64,000 nt of DNA, taken from a virus (Duplodnaviria; Caudoviricetes). The stretch covers positions 1-64,000 of the IMG/VR virus record IMGVR_UViG_3300023263_000002; one strand, given 5' to 3'. Positions 19,004 through 27,327 of the stretch are shown piece by piece; the stretch's first letter is position 1; the number at the start of each line of letters is the position of its first letter. The notes below the pieces were generated by a model. The model did not search any database, was not told the DNA's origin, and saw only the letters and a program-made list of their open reading frames with translations. Both the position numbers and the translations under genes were made by a program.

Positions 19004-19240
19004 CTAAGCGCTTACCGTGTAGATGTTGTTTTTGATCAGCGCTCCGAGCCAAAAGCTGTTTCTATCGGTGACGACTGCAACGGCGGTGAACTTTTTTCCG
19101 ACCTGCATGACGAAGGTGAGTGGGCCGTTCTCTTCTTTGCCTAGGCAACGCGTGATGCGATTCTCGGCGCCTTTTTGAGTGGAGCAGCCATACTTGGCGG
19201 CGGCTTCGAGGAAATGCGGGTCGCTGTTGAGATGCTTCAT
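19004..19240 (-). CDS. hypothetical early protein
   Basis: ACAGGA RBS, downstream of repeated promoter. Confidence 0.65.
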   Translation of the reverse strand: MKHLNSDPHFLEAAAKYGCSTQKGAENRITRCLGKEENGPLTFVMQVGKKFTAVAVVTDRNSFWLGALIKNNIYTVSA

Positions 19241-19264
19241 TTTCTGTGTCCCTGTGTGCTTGTC

Positions 19265-19306
19265 TGCCTATGCATTATGTGTATGGTAAAGTTCCTACTA
19301 CTGCAA
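19265..19306 (-). promoter_or_regulatory. early promoter, conserved family copy
   Basis: TTGCAG-N11-TTTACCATACACATAATGCATAGGCA. Confidence 0.7.
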
Positions 19307-19334
19307 ATAGAAACTTTACCTTCACGGAATTTTT

Positions 19335-19487
19335 TTATTCCGTCGATGCGTCTTCGAAACCCCGCTTCCAGGCCCGCCAAGAATGCGAGCCGTATGGATA
19401 GGGATTTGCTTCGATATCACCATGTCGGTGATATGCTGCCTGACCCAGAAAATAAGCATCCGGGTCAGCTTGCTTTTCGTAGTCCAT
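19335..19487 (-). CDS. 50-aa ribosome modulation factor-like small protein (below ORF-track cutoff)
   Basis: GGAGGTG RBS; MDYEKQADPDAYFLGQAAYHRHGDIEANPYPYGSHSWRAWKRGFEDASTE. Confidence 0.65.
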   Translation of the reverse strand: MDYEKQADPDAYFLGQAAYHRHGDIEANPYPYGSHSWRAWKRGFEDASTE

Positions 19488-19495
19488 TTCACCTC

Positions 19496-20680
19496 CTAGC
19501 TTACAACTTTAACTCGAGTGAGCAGCGTCTCCTTGGCACCTTGGTATTCGCTGTGCTTCTTGACAGACGCGTCAATCATGAACTCGTCGCCGTTGTGCTT
19601 GTCCGTGCCACTGCCCGTGATCCAGGTCAGAACGTTGCCGGCCTCGGTGACGAACTTGTACAAGATCGAGTCTCCGTAGTAGCCACCCGAGATCACACGA
19701 GCCGTCTCCTGCCGGACCTTTATCTGGCGCAGACGCTGGCCCTCTGTACCAAGCCACTCACTCTTGGCAGCGTCCGCTTTCCGCTGTGCGTAAGCCAGCT
19801 CGCGGGCGATGGTCTTGCAGTAGGCCGATACAGCGGATACAAGAATGCCCAGGTACCGCGAGCTCGTAAGAACATCAGCCAGGCCGACCGTCTTCAGATT
19901 CTGGTCGTAATCGCTCTTGACGACTAGGACGTTGCGCAGCCAGCCCAGCGTATCCTCAGCCAGCTTGCGATCGGCATCAGACATGTTCTCCTTCACGAAC
20001 CGACGCCACTCGTTCTTCTCCTTCTTGTCGTCTAAGACGGTGTAAACAATAGAGCTGGTCGAGGGCGTCTCGTCGTTGGAAGCTGACTTCGGGCACCAAC
20101 CGTTGGTGCGGACGATACAAGCCGTAACCTCGAGAATCTCAAGAGTAGCGCGAGCCCACTCCATCCGACCATAGCTCTCCGAGAAATCGTTGAACCGCTT
20201 GATGGTCTCGAACTTCCGGATGATAAGTTCTGGGTTGTCGATACCAAGGAAGTCGCGAAGGCATGTGCGACCCACCTGAAGCTGATGACCGTGGATGTTG
20301 TGGCGAACGACAAAGGTGTCGATCCGCTTGCGGTCGCGCTTGCAGTGCTCGCAGCCGGAAGCTGCGTGCCACCACTTCTTGTCAACTTGGCCTTCAAAGT
20401 CTGGGTGGACCATGACCATGTTGGCCATACCCTGCGGGTGGTCGATGCGGGCGAGGAAGGTGTAGTCTCCGACGCGCGGGGCCTCCCCCACGACGTGGAT
20501 ATCGACGACGTGGACGCGAACCTTGCGAGGAGTGTCGTCCCAGTCGTGAACTGTCCGCTCTTGGATGTACGGGGCTCCGACCGTATAGGAGATTTCGCCG
20601 CCGTAGCGATTGGCACGACGGACCAGCTTGTCGAGCTCTTTGCGGGCTTCGTCAAGGCGTTCTGCGAGAATGGTTGGCAT
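19496..20680 (-). CDS. phage protein with zinc-binding motif and probable C-terminal OB fold
   Basis: CEHC...R.R, QVG.TC..DFLG; KKHSEY.G.K.T.L.RVK. Confidence 0.7.
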   Translation of the reverse strand: MPTILAERLDEARKELDKLVRRANRYGGEISYTVGAPYIQERTVHDWDDTPRKVRVHVVDIHVVGEAPRVGDYTFLARIDHPQGMANMVMVHPDFEGQVDKKWWHAASGCEHCKRDRKRIDTFVVRHNIHGHQLQVGRTCLRDFLGIDNPELIIRKFETIKRFNDFSESYGRMEWARATLEILEVTACIVRTNGWCPKSASNDETPSTSSIVYTVLDDKKEKNEWRRFVKENMSDADRKLAEDTLGWLRNVLVVKSDYDQNLKTVGLADVLTSSRYLGILVSAVSAYCKTIARELAYAQRKADAAKSEWLGTEGQRLRQIKVRQETARVISGGYYGDSILYKFVTEAGNVLTWITGSGTDKHNGDEFMIDASVKKHSEYQGAKETLLTRVKVVS

Positions 20681-20743
20681 GATCTTATTCCCTGTGGTGG
20701 GGTTGGAGGTTTCGGGGGAAGCTTTTCGCCTCCCCCTAGTTGC

Positions 20744-20974
20744 TTAGATAACGATGTTGTTGTATGCTACGATAGCAGGTGCGCCTGTCGGGTAGGTGCC
20801 GAGAAGCACGATAGCCCTCGAAGACTTATCGAGCCGCGTGAGCTCGAACACCTGATCCACTGCATTGTAGTGCAGCGAGTAGCGGTACATGGTATCGGCC
20901 TTGGACGCGATATCGACCGGACGGCCTAGAACGGCATCAAGATCGGCTTGCGTCAGGTCACGAATTCTGGCCAT
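20744..20974 (-). CDS. hypothetical early protein
   Basis: ACAGGAG RBS, downstream of repeated promoter. Confidence 0.65.
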   Translation of the reverse strand: MARIRDLTQADLDAVLGRPVDIASKADTMYRYSLHYNAVDQVFELTRLDKSSRAIVLLGTYPTGAPAIVAYNNIVI

Positions 20975-20993
20975 TTGACTCTCCTGTGATTAC

Positions 20994-21035
20994 TGCCTAC
21001 TCATTATGCGTAAGGTAAAATGCGTCGCTTCGCAA
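20994..21035 (-). promoter_or_regulatory. early promoter, conserved family copy
   Basis: TTGCGA...TTTACCTTACGCATAATGAGTAGGCA. Confidence 0.7.
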
Positions 21036-21054
21036 TAGGAAATTTTCCTGATTC

Positions 21055-21291
21055 CTAAGAATCTCTTCGGTACTTGTTGATCTCCTTTCCTCTCGCGAAT
21101 CGCCGGACTGCTGCAACCATATTCTTGATACAGCGAGGCTGTGGCTGGCTGCGACCGATAAAGGTTACGACGCGATCGCCGACAACAATGGCGTCGTGGT
21201 TTGTCTTCTGAACCAGGTGCCACTTCAATCGATTTCGAACAAGTTCTGTGCGAACTGGCTGAGGTAGTCCTGGATGGCTTCTCATCTTCAT
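21055..21291 (-). CDS. hypothetical basic protein
   Basis: GGGAG RBS just after hammerhead 1. Confidence 0.6.
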   Translation of the reverse strand: MKMRSHPGLPQPVRTELVRNRLKWHLVQKTNHDAIVVGDRVVTFIGRSQPQPRCIKNMVAAVRRFARGKEINKYRRDS

Positions 21292-21301
21292 GTGTACTCC
21301 C

Positions 21302-21378
21302 TAAGCTGCCTTATCAAGCCGGGGGCGCTTATCCCTCAGCGACCGTCGGGGAAGATTTCTCCTCCCCTAGGTTTCGGC
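21302..21378 (-). ncRNA. type II hammerhead ribozyme 1 (U3-A8 core variant)
   Basis: GCC-GAAA-CC..stem III..GG-UC-GCUG..CGGC-UUGAUAA-GGC; loop UAAGC complementary to 3' GCUUA. Confidence 0.88.
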
Positions 21379-21609
21379 TTATTCGTGGCCTCCACCGCCA
21401 TGCTCTTCTTCGCTGTCATCGCACGCGAGCATCACTGCGAACCAAATCGTGCCCGTCCCTTTGCTTTTTCCAAGGTCTCTGACAGTCTGCGGAAACTTCT
21501 TCTCGTAGCTGCGCATCTTTGCATACAGCTCAGCGACCGCGTCGGAGTCTTGGTGGCTGCGAATAAGGTTGGCGATGTCCTGCATAATTCCTGCGAGCTG
21601 ATTGGCCAT
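21379..21609 (-). CDS. hypothetical protein
   Basis: AAGGAG RBS; stop codon abuts hammerhead 1. Confidence 0.65.
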   Translation of the reverse strand: MANQLAGIMQDIANLIRSHQDSDAVAELYAKMRSYEKKFPQTVRDLGKSKGTGTIWFAVMLACDDSEEEHGGGGHE

Positions 21610-21668
21610 TTTCTTTCTCCTTGCTGATACGTATGATGGCCCCGGATTGTCGCCCGGGGCCGGTATTC

Positions 21669-21989
21669 TTAGAGGGTGCCTTTCGCCTTACGCTTGTAGT
21701 AGGTGCTCTTGCTGATTCCGAGAACCTCCCAGGGCTTCTGCTTGGTCTCGGGAGCAACCTTCTCCTCCGTGACTTCGACGACGGGCGCGGCCGGCACGAG
21801 CTTCTCCGTCACCGTCTTTACTGGCTTGCTGCCCTTCGGCGTCCACCAGCTGAACCAAGAGCTGGCTCCAGCGGCCGTGTATCCGAGTTCCTTGATCGCG
21901 TAGGCCAGGGCCGCTTTCCGGTCCATCGTGTTGAAGGCGGTATGCAGCTTGGCGGTACGCTCTTTCCGGTGGATGGTCATCGTGGTCAT
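21669..21989 (-). CDS. small protein with C-terminal HTH
   Basis: KPWEVLGISKSTYYKRK. Confidence 0.7.
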   Translation of the reverse strand: MTTMTIHRKERTAKLHTAFNTMDRKAALAYAIKELGYTAAGASSWFSWWTPKGSKPVKTVTEKLVPAAPVVEVTEEKVAPETKQKPWEVLGISKSTYYKRKAKGTL

Positions 21990-22018
21990 TGTCCTTCTCC
22001 TGTGTGTTTGTATTTGTC

Positions 22019-22060
22019 TGCCTATGCATTCTTTGTAGTACGAAGCGTCTACTTACGCAA
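22019..22060 (-). promoter_or_regulatory. early promoter, conserved family copy
   Basis: TTGCGT...TACTACAAAGAATGCATAGGCA. Confidence 0.6.
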
Positions 22061-22144
22061 CGGTAAATTTTATATCAGCTAAAAAAATTTTAGCCCACCG
22101 TTGACAGTGTGAAAGGAGGGCCACGACGGGCCCTCCTAGTTGAC

Positions 22145-23218
22145 TTACGCGACTACCTTCAGGTGGGCGCGCTTGGCTGCGTGGTTCTGCAGACGCTTCT
22201 CCGACCACTGGCGCTTGGGCTTGGAAGCCATCGCGGCAGCAAGCTCCGGATCAGCGGCGATAGCGGCTTTCTTGGCGGCCATGGTAGCAAGGCGCTTGGC
22301 AACAATCGCTGCCTTCTTCGCCTGCTTCTCAGCGTCCATCTTCTCGGCCGCATCCTGCTTCTTCTTCAAGGTGGCCTTGCGACGCTTCACGGCCAGGTTC
22401 TTCTTGGCCTCGATCGCGGCAGCTTCGCGGTCCTGCTTCGCCTCTACAAGAGCGGCGATCTTCTCTTCCTTCTCGCTAACCTTCTGAGCGGCGCGAGCAA
22501 TCCGCTGCTTGGCTGCCTTCCGGCGGGCCTTACCGAGGCTGTACGCGTAGCCGATCATCCGGCAAGCCGAGCCGGACAGCAGGCTCATGAGCTCCATCAT
22601 CAGCATCTGGAAGATGACGAGCGACATGGCCGTCGCCGTGTCAACCTTCTGACCGGAGACACCAATCATGGTCTGCGCGAACAGGGCCTTACCCGACATC
22701 TCGTCGGTGGTGGCAACTTCCTGCTTCGCGGTCGCGGTCTTGATCTCGGCCTCGAGGGTCTCGACGCGGGCATTCAACTTCTCGCATTTCGGGCCGCAGC
22801 CCTTCTTCTTCGACTCCGCCAGCGCCATCTCACGAGCGGTAGCTAGGGAAGCGCGAAGATCTGCGAGGTTCGTGGCGCCGATCGTCTCAACCTTCTTGGA
22901 AGTCATGTCCGTGACGAACTTGGCACCGAACATGTCAGCAGTGGCGTAGAAGGCGCAAGCGAAAGAAGCGACAACCGCCAGCCAGTACAGCGAGCGGAGC
23001 AGCATGGACTTGCCAACGGCGTGCATCGTGATCGGAAGGACCATCTTCACGATGTCGCCTAGGCCGAGCATAATCGCAGCAACCAGGCCCATCTGCAGGC
23101 CAACTGCGACGTTAACGTATAGGCTCAAGCCGCCAGCGGCAAAAACCAGGGTGAAAAGAACCGTGCCGATCGTCCAAGCTGTGGCGGCGGACACGAACTT
23201 CAGAGTAGATTTCTTCAT
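22145..23218 (-). CDS. membrane protein with coiled coil and Lys/Ala-rich tail
   Basis: several hydrophobic helices, GCGPKC, ACAGGAG RBS; start moved to 23218. Confidence 0.75.
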   Translation of the reverse strand: MKKSTLKFVSAATAWTIGTVLFTLVFAAGGLSLYVNVAVGLQMGLVAAIMLGLGDIVKMVLPITMHAVGKSMLLRSLYWLAVVASFACAFYATADMFGAKFVTDMTSKKVETIGATNLADLRASLATAREMALAESKKKGCGPKCEKLNARVETLEAEIKTATAKQEVATTDEMSGKALFAQTMIGVSGQKVDTATAMSLVIFQMLMMELMSLLSGSACRMIGYAYSLGKARRKAAKQRIARAAQKVSEKEEKIAALVEAKQDREAAAIEAKKNLAVKRRKATLKKKQDAAEKMDAEKQAKKAAIVAKRLATMAAKKAAIAADPELAAAMASKPKRQWSEKRLQNHAAKRAHLKVVA

Positions 23219-23238
23219 GACAAACTCCTGTGTGTTTT

Positions 23239-23317
23239 TAGGATGCCTCATCGGGCCGGGAGCTCCTACCTCTCGGCGACCATCGGGGGAAGCTTTCACC
23301 TCCCCCTAGGTTTCGGC
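23239..23317 (-). ncRNA. type II hammerhead ribozyme 2
   Basis: GCC-GAAA-CC..GG-UC-GCCG..CGGC-CCGAUGA-GGC; loop UAGGA complementary to 3' UCCUA. Confidence 0.88.
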
Positions 23318-23725
23318 TTACTTCAGAACCAGGCTACCAACCTCGATCCAGAAGGCCCGTTTCGCATCCTCGATCAAGTTGCTCGAGGCGGAAGTGGACC
23401 GGCTGCTCAACCGCATGTCCGAGAGGACATTGGTGAGAGCCGTTTTCCGAATCAGCTCGGGGATCGCTGCACCATCCTCGAGATTCTTAAGATAATGCAG
23501 CAGGATCGCTGCCTCGTTGGCGGCGGTAGCTGCCACCGGCAGATCTACCGAATGCCACGCCAACCAACTCATCTGATTGTGGAAGGTTACGTCTCCCTTC
23601 TCTTTCGCGTACGCTACGTCGGCCTCGACGTTTTTGGTGAGTTCGAGCAGCAGACCATTATACGTCTTGGCCTTGCAGTTTAGGAAGCGACGAAGTCCAC
23701 CAACGTCTTTAGCGCCTTCAAACAT
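23318..23725 (-). CDS. hypothetical protein
   Basis: ACAGGA RBS; lies between hammerheads 3 and 2. Confidence 0.65.
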   Translation of the reverse strand: MFEGAKDVGGLRRFLNCKAKTYNGLLLELTKNVEADVAYAKEKGDVTFHNQMSWLAWHSVDLPVAATAANEAAILLHYLKNLEDGAAIPELIRKTALTNVLSDMRLSSRSTSASSNLIEDAKRAFWIEVGSLVLK

Positions 23726-23744
23726 TGTATCAAGTCCTGTGATT

Positions 23745-23819
23745 TGAGATGCCTCATCGGGCCGGGGTCTCTCACACCTCAGCGACCTTCGGGGCAATTG
23801 CTTGCCCCTAGGTTTCGGC
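23745..23819 (-). ncRNA. type II hammerhead ribozyme 3
   Basis: GCC-GAAA-CC..GG-UC-GCUG..CGGC-CCGAUGA-GGC; loop UGAGA complementary to 3' UCUCA. Confidence 0.88.
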
Positions 23820-24116
23820 TTACTGCTTCGGATACTTCTCTTCGAAGTACTTTCTCAAGCGCTGGCCCTCAGCAGCGTTAAAAGCTGCGCGGTTGCGATA
23901 AAACTGCACCAGGTTTTGATCTCCGTCGAGTTCTGCGTGCTTGGCTAGGTTTTCGTACTTGGCGGCCTTCTTTTCGGCTCCGTCGGCCCAACCAGCCACC
24001 GTCGCGCATTTGATAGCCTTCCAAGTTATCTTGGTCCCGCATCTCTCATCCACATCAGATGCCATTGCCGGCGAAGCTGCGAGGATTGTGAAGAGAATAA
24101 CTAGGGCCTTTTTCAT
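23820..24116 (-). CDS. small secreted/periplasmic protein
   Basis: signal peptide MKKALVILFTILAASPAMA; ACAGGAG RBS. Confidence 0.7.
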   Translation of the reverse strand: MKKALVILFTILAASPAMASDVDERCGTKITWKAIKCATVAGWADGAEKKAAKYENLAKHAELDGDQNLVQFYRNRAAFNAAEGQRLRKYFEEKYPKQ

Positions 24117-24134
24117 TTACTACTCCTGTGTGTC

Positions 24135-24205
24135 GAGCTGCCTTATCAAGCCGGGTAGCTCATTTCCCGACGACCTCCGAAGAATTTCTTCTCCGAGGTT
24201 TCGGC
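24135..24205 (-). ncRNA. type II hammerhead ribozyme 4 (U3-A8 core variant)
   Basis: GCC-GAAA-CCUCGGA..UUCGGAGG-UC-GUCGGG..CCCGGC-UUGAUAA-GGC; loop GAGCU complementary to 3' AGCUC. Confidence 0.88.
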
Positions 24206-24430
24206 TTTTCTTCTTCTCCAGCGGAGCGCCTCGCGGCCTCTTGGCTGGTAGGGCTAAGACGAAGGATTTCCTTGCGCTTCTCTTGATGTTCCCAGCTTCC
24301 GCTTCGGTCGGTGCCTGGTTCCCCTTTTCGGGTGCCTAGTCCTCTCTAGGCTCTTCTCAAGTTGCGGTCGGGCCTTTCTGCCTTCCCTTTAGGAGTTCGG
24401 AGGGGCCTTTCGGCTCTTGCTCCTCATTTC
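24206..24430 (-). ncRNA. candidate structured ncRNA between a promoter and hammerhead 4
   Basis: no credible ORF; purine-rich with hairpins GCC-GAAA-GGC, CCC-GAAAA-GGG, GCC-GCGA-GGC, GCCUAG..CUAGGC. Confidence 0.5.
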
Positions 24431-24614
24431 CTATGATTACAATATAGACATTTATTTGTATGACGCAATAGGTTTTATAAGATATAAAGCTGAAACCTAA
24501 AAAAATTTGGTGGAACATGGTCACAATTTTGTGAACTACAAAGCTTCTTTGCCACCAACTTCTTCTCTGCTCTGCTTATGCATTGTATATAGTAAGACAT
24601 CTACAATACTGCAA
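24429..24614 (-). promoter_or_regulatory. two tandem early promoter copies (24429-24468, 24573-24614)
   Basis: TTGCGT...CTATAT...CATAGGA and TTGCAG...CTATATACAATGCATAAGCA. Confidence 0.6.
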
Positions 24615-24677
24615 TAAGAAAATTAGGTATCACCTAAAATAATTTTGGGGCAGGTGTTTCCACCCGCCCCGCTACAC

Positions 24678-25019
24678 TTATTGCAGCTTGCAAACATCTG
24701 CAGAAGAACCAAGAACCCAGCGGCCTTTAGAGATGTAGGCACAAAATACATCTCCGTTTCCTTGGTCTTCGAACACGGCATAAAAGTGATGTCCGTATCC
24801 GTAGGCCTTATCAGCTGCGTCCTGCACTCTTTCAAGGTCAGCGAAAGTTGATACCTTGATATACGCAAGCAATTCTTTTGCGGTCGAAAATACTGGCTTC
24901 TCGCTGTACTTCGTATCGTTGTTGGTAAAGCCGAGAAACTTGCAAGTGTCGAGGTGCTTGCGATATCCAACTTCGAGAATGTCGCCGGCCTTGATATTCG
25001 AAAAAGTTTTGCGGGTCAT
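24678..25019 (-). CDS. hypothetical early protein
   Basis: ACAGGA RBS after repeated promoter. Confidence 0.7.
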   Translation of the reverse strand: MTRKTFSNIKAGDILEVGYRKHLDTCKFLGFTNNDTKYSEKPVFSTAKELLAYIKVSTFADLERVQDAADKAYGYGHHFYAVFEDQGNGDVFCAYISKGRWVLGSSADVCKLQ

Positions 25020-25045
25020 TGTCTTTATCCTGTGTGTTTATCTAC

Positions 25046-25087
25046 TGCCTACTCATTATATGTAAGGTATAATTACTACAAACGCAA
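25046..25087 (-). promoter_or_regulatory. early promoter, conserved family copy
   Basis: TTGCGT...TACCTTACATATAATGAGTAGGCA. Confidence 0.7.
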
Positions 25088-25108
25088 TGAAATAATTGTC
25101 AAACAACC

Positions 25109-25140
25109 AAAAAAAAAAGCCCCACCTTTCGGCAGGGCTT
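25109..25140 (-). terminator. intrinsic terminator
   Basis: GCCCTGCC-GAAA-GGTGGGGC hairpin followed by about 10 T on the minus strand. Confidence 0.8.
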
Positions 25141-25156
25141 AGTCCTCGCTCGGCTA

Positions 25157-25453
25157 TTACCACTTATACGTCTCGACACAACTGCGGATCGTATCAGCTG
25201 CATACTCCCGATCCCAGTTGAACATCCGAACAACACCTTCGAACGTCTTCGCGAGGGCGTTCTGATCCTCCTCGCTCAATTCATTAATTCCGACTTTATT
25301 TCCCACCTGCATCAAGCCGGCGACAATAAGGCCAATTGCTCCCGCGATCTCTGGAGCGACTGTATGCGAAACAGGGGCGGCTTCAATCTCGTTCGCGATC
25401 TCGAGAAGACGAACACCAATCTGCGCAGTAGAAGGAAGAACAGTCATTTGCAT
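25157..25453 (-). CDS. hypothetical early protein
   Basis: ACAGGA RBS after repeated promoter. Confidence 0.65.
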   Translation of the reverse strand: MQMTVLPSTAQIGVRLLEIANEIEAAPVSHTVAPEIAGAIGLIVAGLMQVGNKVGINELSEEDQNALAKTFEGVVRMFNWDREYAADTIRSCVETYKW

Positions 25454-25474
25454 TTTCCTGTGTTTGTATTTCAC

Positions 25475-25516
25475 TGCCTACTCATTATGTGTAAGCTAAA
25501 GCGCATACAAACGCAA
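25475..25516 (-). promoter_or_regulatory. early promoter, conserved family copy
   Basis: TTGCGT...TTTAGCTTACACATAATGAGTAGGCA. Confidence 0.7.
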
Positions 25517-25524
25517 GAGAAAGC

Positions 25525-27117
25525 TTAGCTCAAACTAATGTTTTTCTTTCTGCCGCGCAGCACATCCTCCAGTAGATTCTTGCCCTCTTCTAGAGATACA
25601 AGGTTGGCGTGGTCGTATGTTCCCTGAGTCACCAGATCGTATATGAAGACACTACTGTGCTCTGATCCCTGCCGCTCGACCCTGCGTCGTGTTTGCTTGC
25701 GCATGATGGGACAGATTGGACTCTCGTAGTATATCCCGTATCGAGCGATTTGTAGATTAAGTCCAAAGCCGCCGCAATCGTTGTTAAGTAGAAGTACTCT
25801 ACACTTCTCATCTTTCTTGTACGTATTCAATACTGCTTTCTGGTCTTTGGTCTTCCCGTAGATCCGCTCGAATCCAATTCCCAACTTCTTCATATCTCGA
25901 GCGATCATATCTCCGGAGATTGTGAACTGGTGAAAGACAACTGCTTTGTGTCGGGGCGCAACTTCTCCTAGGATGCTCATCAGCATTTCAAGCTTGGGGT
26001 TGTCTTGGAACTGTAGAGATGCTCGCTCGCCGGTCTCGTCGTCCTGGTACCCAATGAACCCAGAAGATATTTGCCGGAGACGTATGAATGAGTTCTTGAT
26101 TACCGTCAGGCTCTTTGGACCAGTACCGGCTAACGCGTCTTTGAACTCAGACTGGACTGCGTAGTAGTGCGCCTCAGCGTCGGCTGACATGGGCACTTCT
26201 TTCACGATGGAGACCATCGATGGCAGCGAGGCCGCATCTGCTGTATACTCGATCGACCTCGCAGCGATAAAATCATGCAGCAAGGTCGACTTCTTCTTCT
26301 CGAAGTGGTACTCGGGGAACCCCGTCATCGTGTTGACAGTCTCGGAGTAGAACGCTGATCTGAACAGCCCCAGGGTCTCACCAAGGCTGCTGCCGCGATC
26401 TACTAGGAACATCTGTGCCCAGAGCGGCTTGGGATCCTTTCCGAAAGGCGTGCCGGTCAAAGGGTATACAGGCCTGAGCCGATCTTTGGCCATCGTGAAT
26501 CGCCGGCAGATTCGATACGTCAAGCTATCAGGATTTCCTAGCTCAGTAGACTCGTCGAGGAAGAAGCCATCGAGCAGCCGTAGTAGCTCGTTGATTTTCT
26601 TGTCCCACGGAGTCATCTTGTTAACCTTCTTCTTGGTCTGCGTGGTTTTGCAGACCATATGAAGGAGGCCCATGTAGGTCGTCACGTAGAGCAGCGATTC
26701 TCCTTTGCGCAGCTCTTCCCACTTCTGATCGCTGGTCCCGCCTAAGATCGAGAACTTGGTTTTCGGGGAGTGCTTCTCGATCTCGTCCTTCCACTCGAAC
26801 ATGTTGATTCGATTTGGAACGAGAACCAGGTATCGCTTGCCAAGCTTCGCCTTCTTGTAGTATCGAGCTAGGGCGATAGACAGTAGGGACTTCCCGCAAC
26901 CCGTATCAAGGAAGAAGGCCCAGCTGCCATGCAGGGCCCCTAAAAGAAGACACACTCTTTGATGTTGTCGAAGCTTCTTCCATATCGGAGGTCGGACGGG
27001 GAGCTTCGCACGCATTATCGCGTTAAGCTTGTTGAGCCTGTATCGCTTCCATCTGCGAAAGTCCGGCCTCTCGCGTTCGAGGAACTTCTTGATTACTGTC
27101 TTGGGGATGACTCCCAT
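25525..27117 (-). CDS. SNF2-family helicase
   Basis: DTGCGKS, LDES, LTGTP, LRQISSGF, GFGLNLQ, Q...R..R.G. Confidence 0.9.
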   Translation of the reverse strand: MGVIPKTVIKKFLERERPDFRRWKRYRLNKLNAIMRAKLPVRPPIWKKLRQHQRVCLLLGALHGSWAFFLDTGCGKSLLSIALARYYKKAKLGKRYLVLVPNRINMFEWKDEIEKHSPKTKFSILGGTSDQKWEELRKGESLLYVTTYMGLLHMVCKTTQTKKKVNKMTPWDKKINELLRLLDGFFLDESTELGNPDSLTYRICRRFTMAKDRLRPVYPLTGTPFGKDPKPLWAQMFLVDRGSSLGETLGLFRSAFYSETVNTMTGFPEYHFEKKKSTLLHDFIAARSIEYTADAASLPSMVSIVKEVPMSADAEAHYYAVQSEFKDALAGTGPKSLTVIKNSFIRLRQISSGFIGYQDDETGERASLQFQDNPKLEMLMSILGEVAPRHKAVVFHQFTISGDMIARDMKKLGIGFERIYGKTKDQKAVLNTYKKDEKCRVLLLNNDCGGFGLNLQIARYGIYYESPICPIMRKQTRRRVERQGSEHSSVFIYDLVTQGTYDHANLVSLEEGKNLLEDVLRGRKKNISLS

Positions 27118-27326
27118 CAGTTACTCTCAACAGGTTTTCTAGTTGGTATCGGTGTGCCGTACGAATACGTGTACGATTTCCTGTGGCACCAGCAAATCGG
27201 CTTACTCGGACGCGTCTCGAATTGCTTCGCGTATCGTCCGCATTGTTTCCAATCCTTGTAGTGTCCACGAGGCTGCCAGTCGTTACCACTAGCCAGGATG
27301 CAGCTGATAATGATTATCGGTTTCAT
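27117..27326 (-). CDS. hypothetical protein
   Basis: coupled between queE and the helicase. Confidence 0.5.
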   Translation of the reverse strand: MKPIIIISCILASGNDWQPRGHYKDWKQCGRYAKQFETRPSKPICWCHRKSYTYSYGTPIPTRKPVESN

Positions 27327-27327
27327 C

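Noticed and set aside
23219-23299. N-terminal extensions of ORFs 22145-23299 and 23318-23797
   Set aside because: They run through hammerheads; RBS-supported starts are at 23218 and 23725
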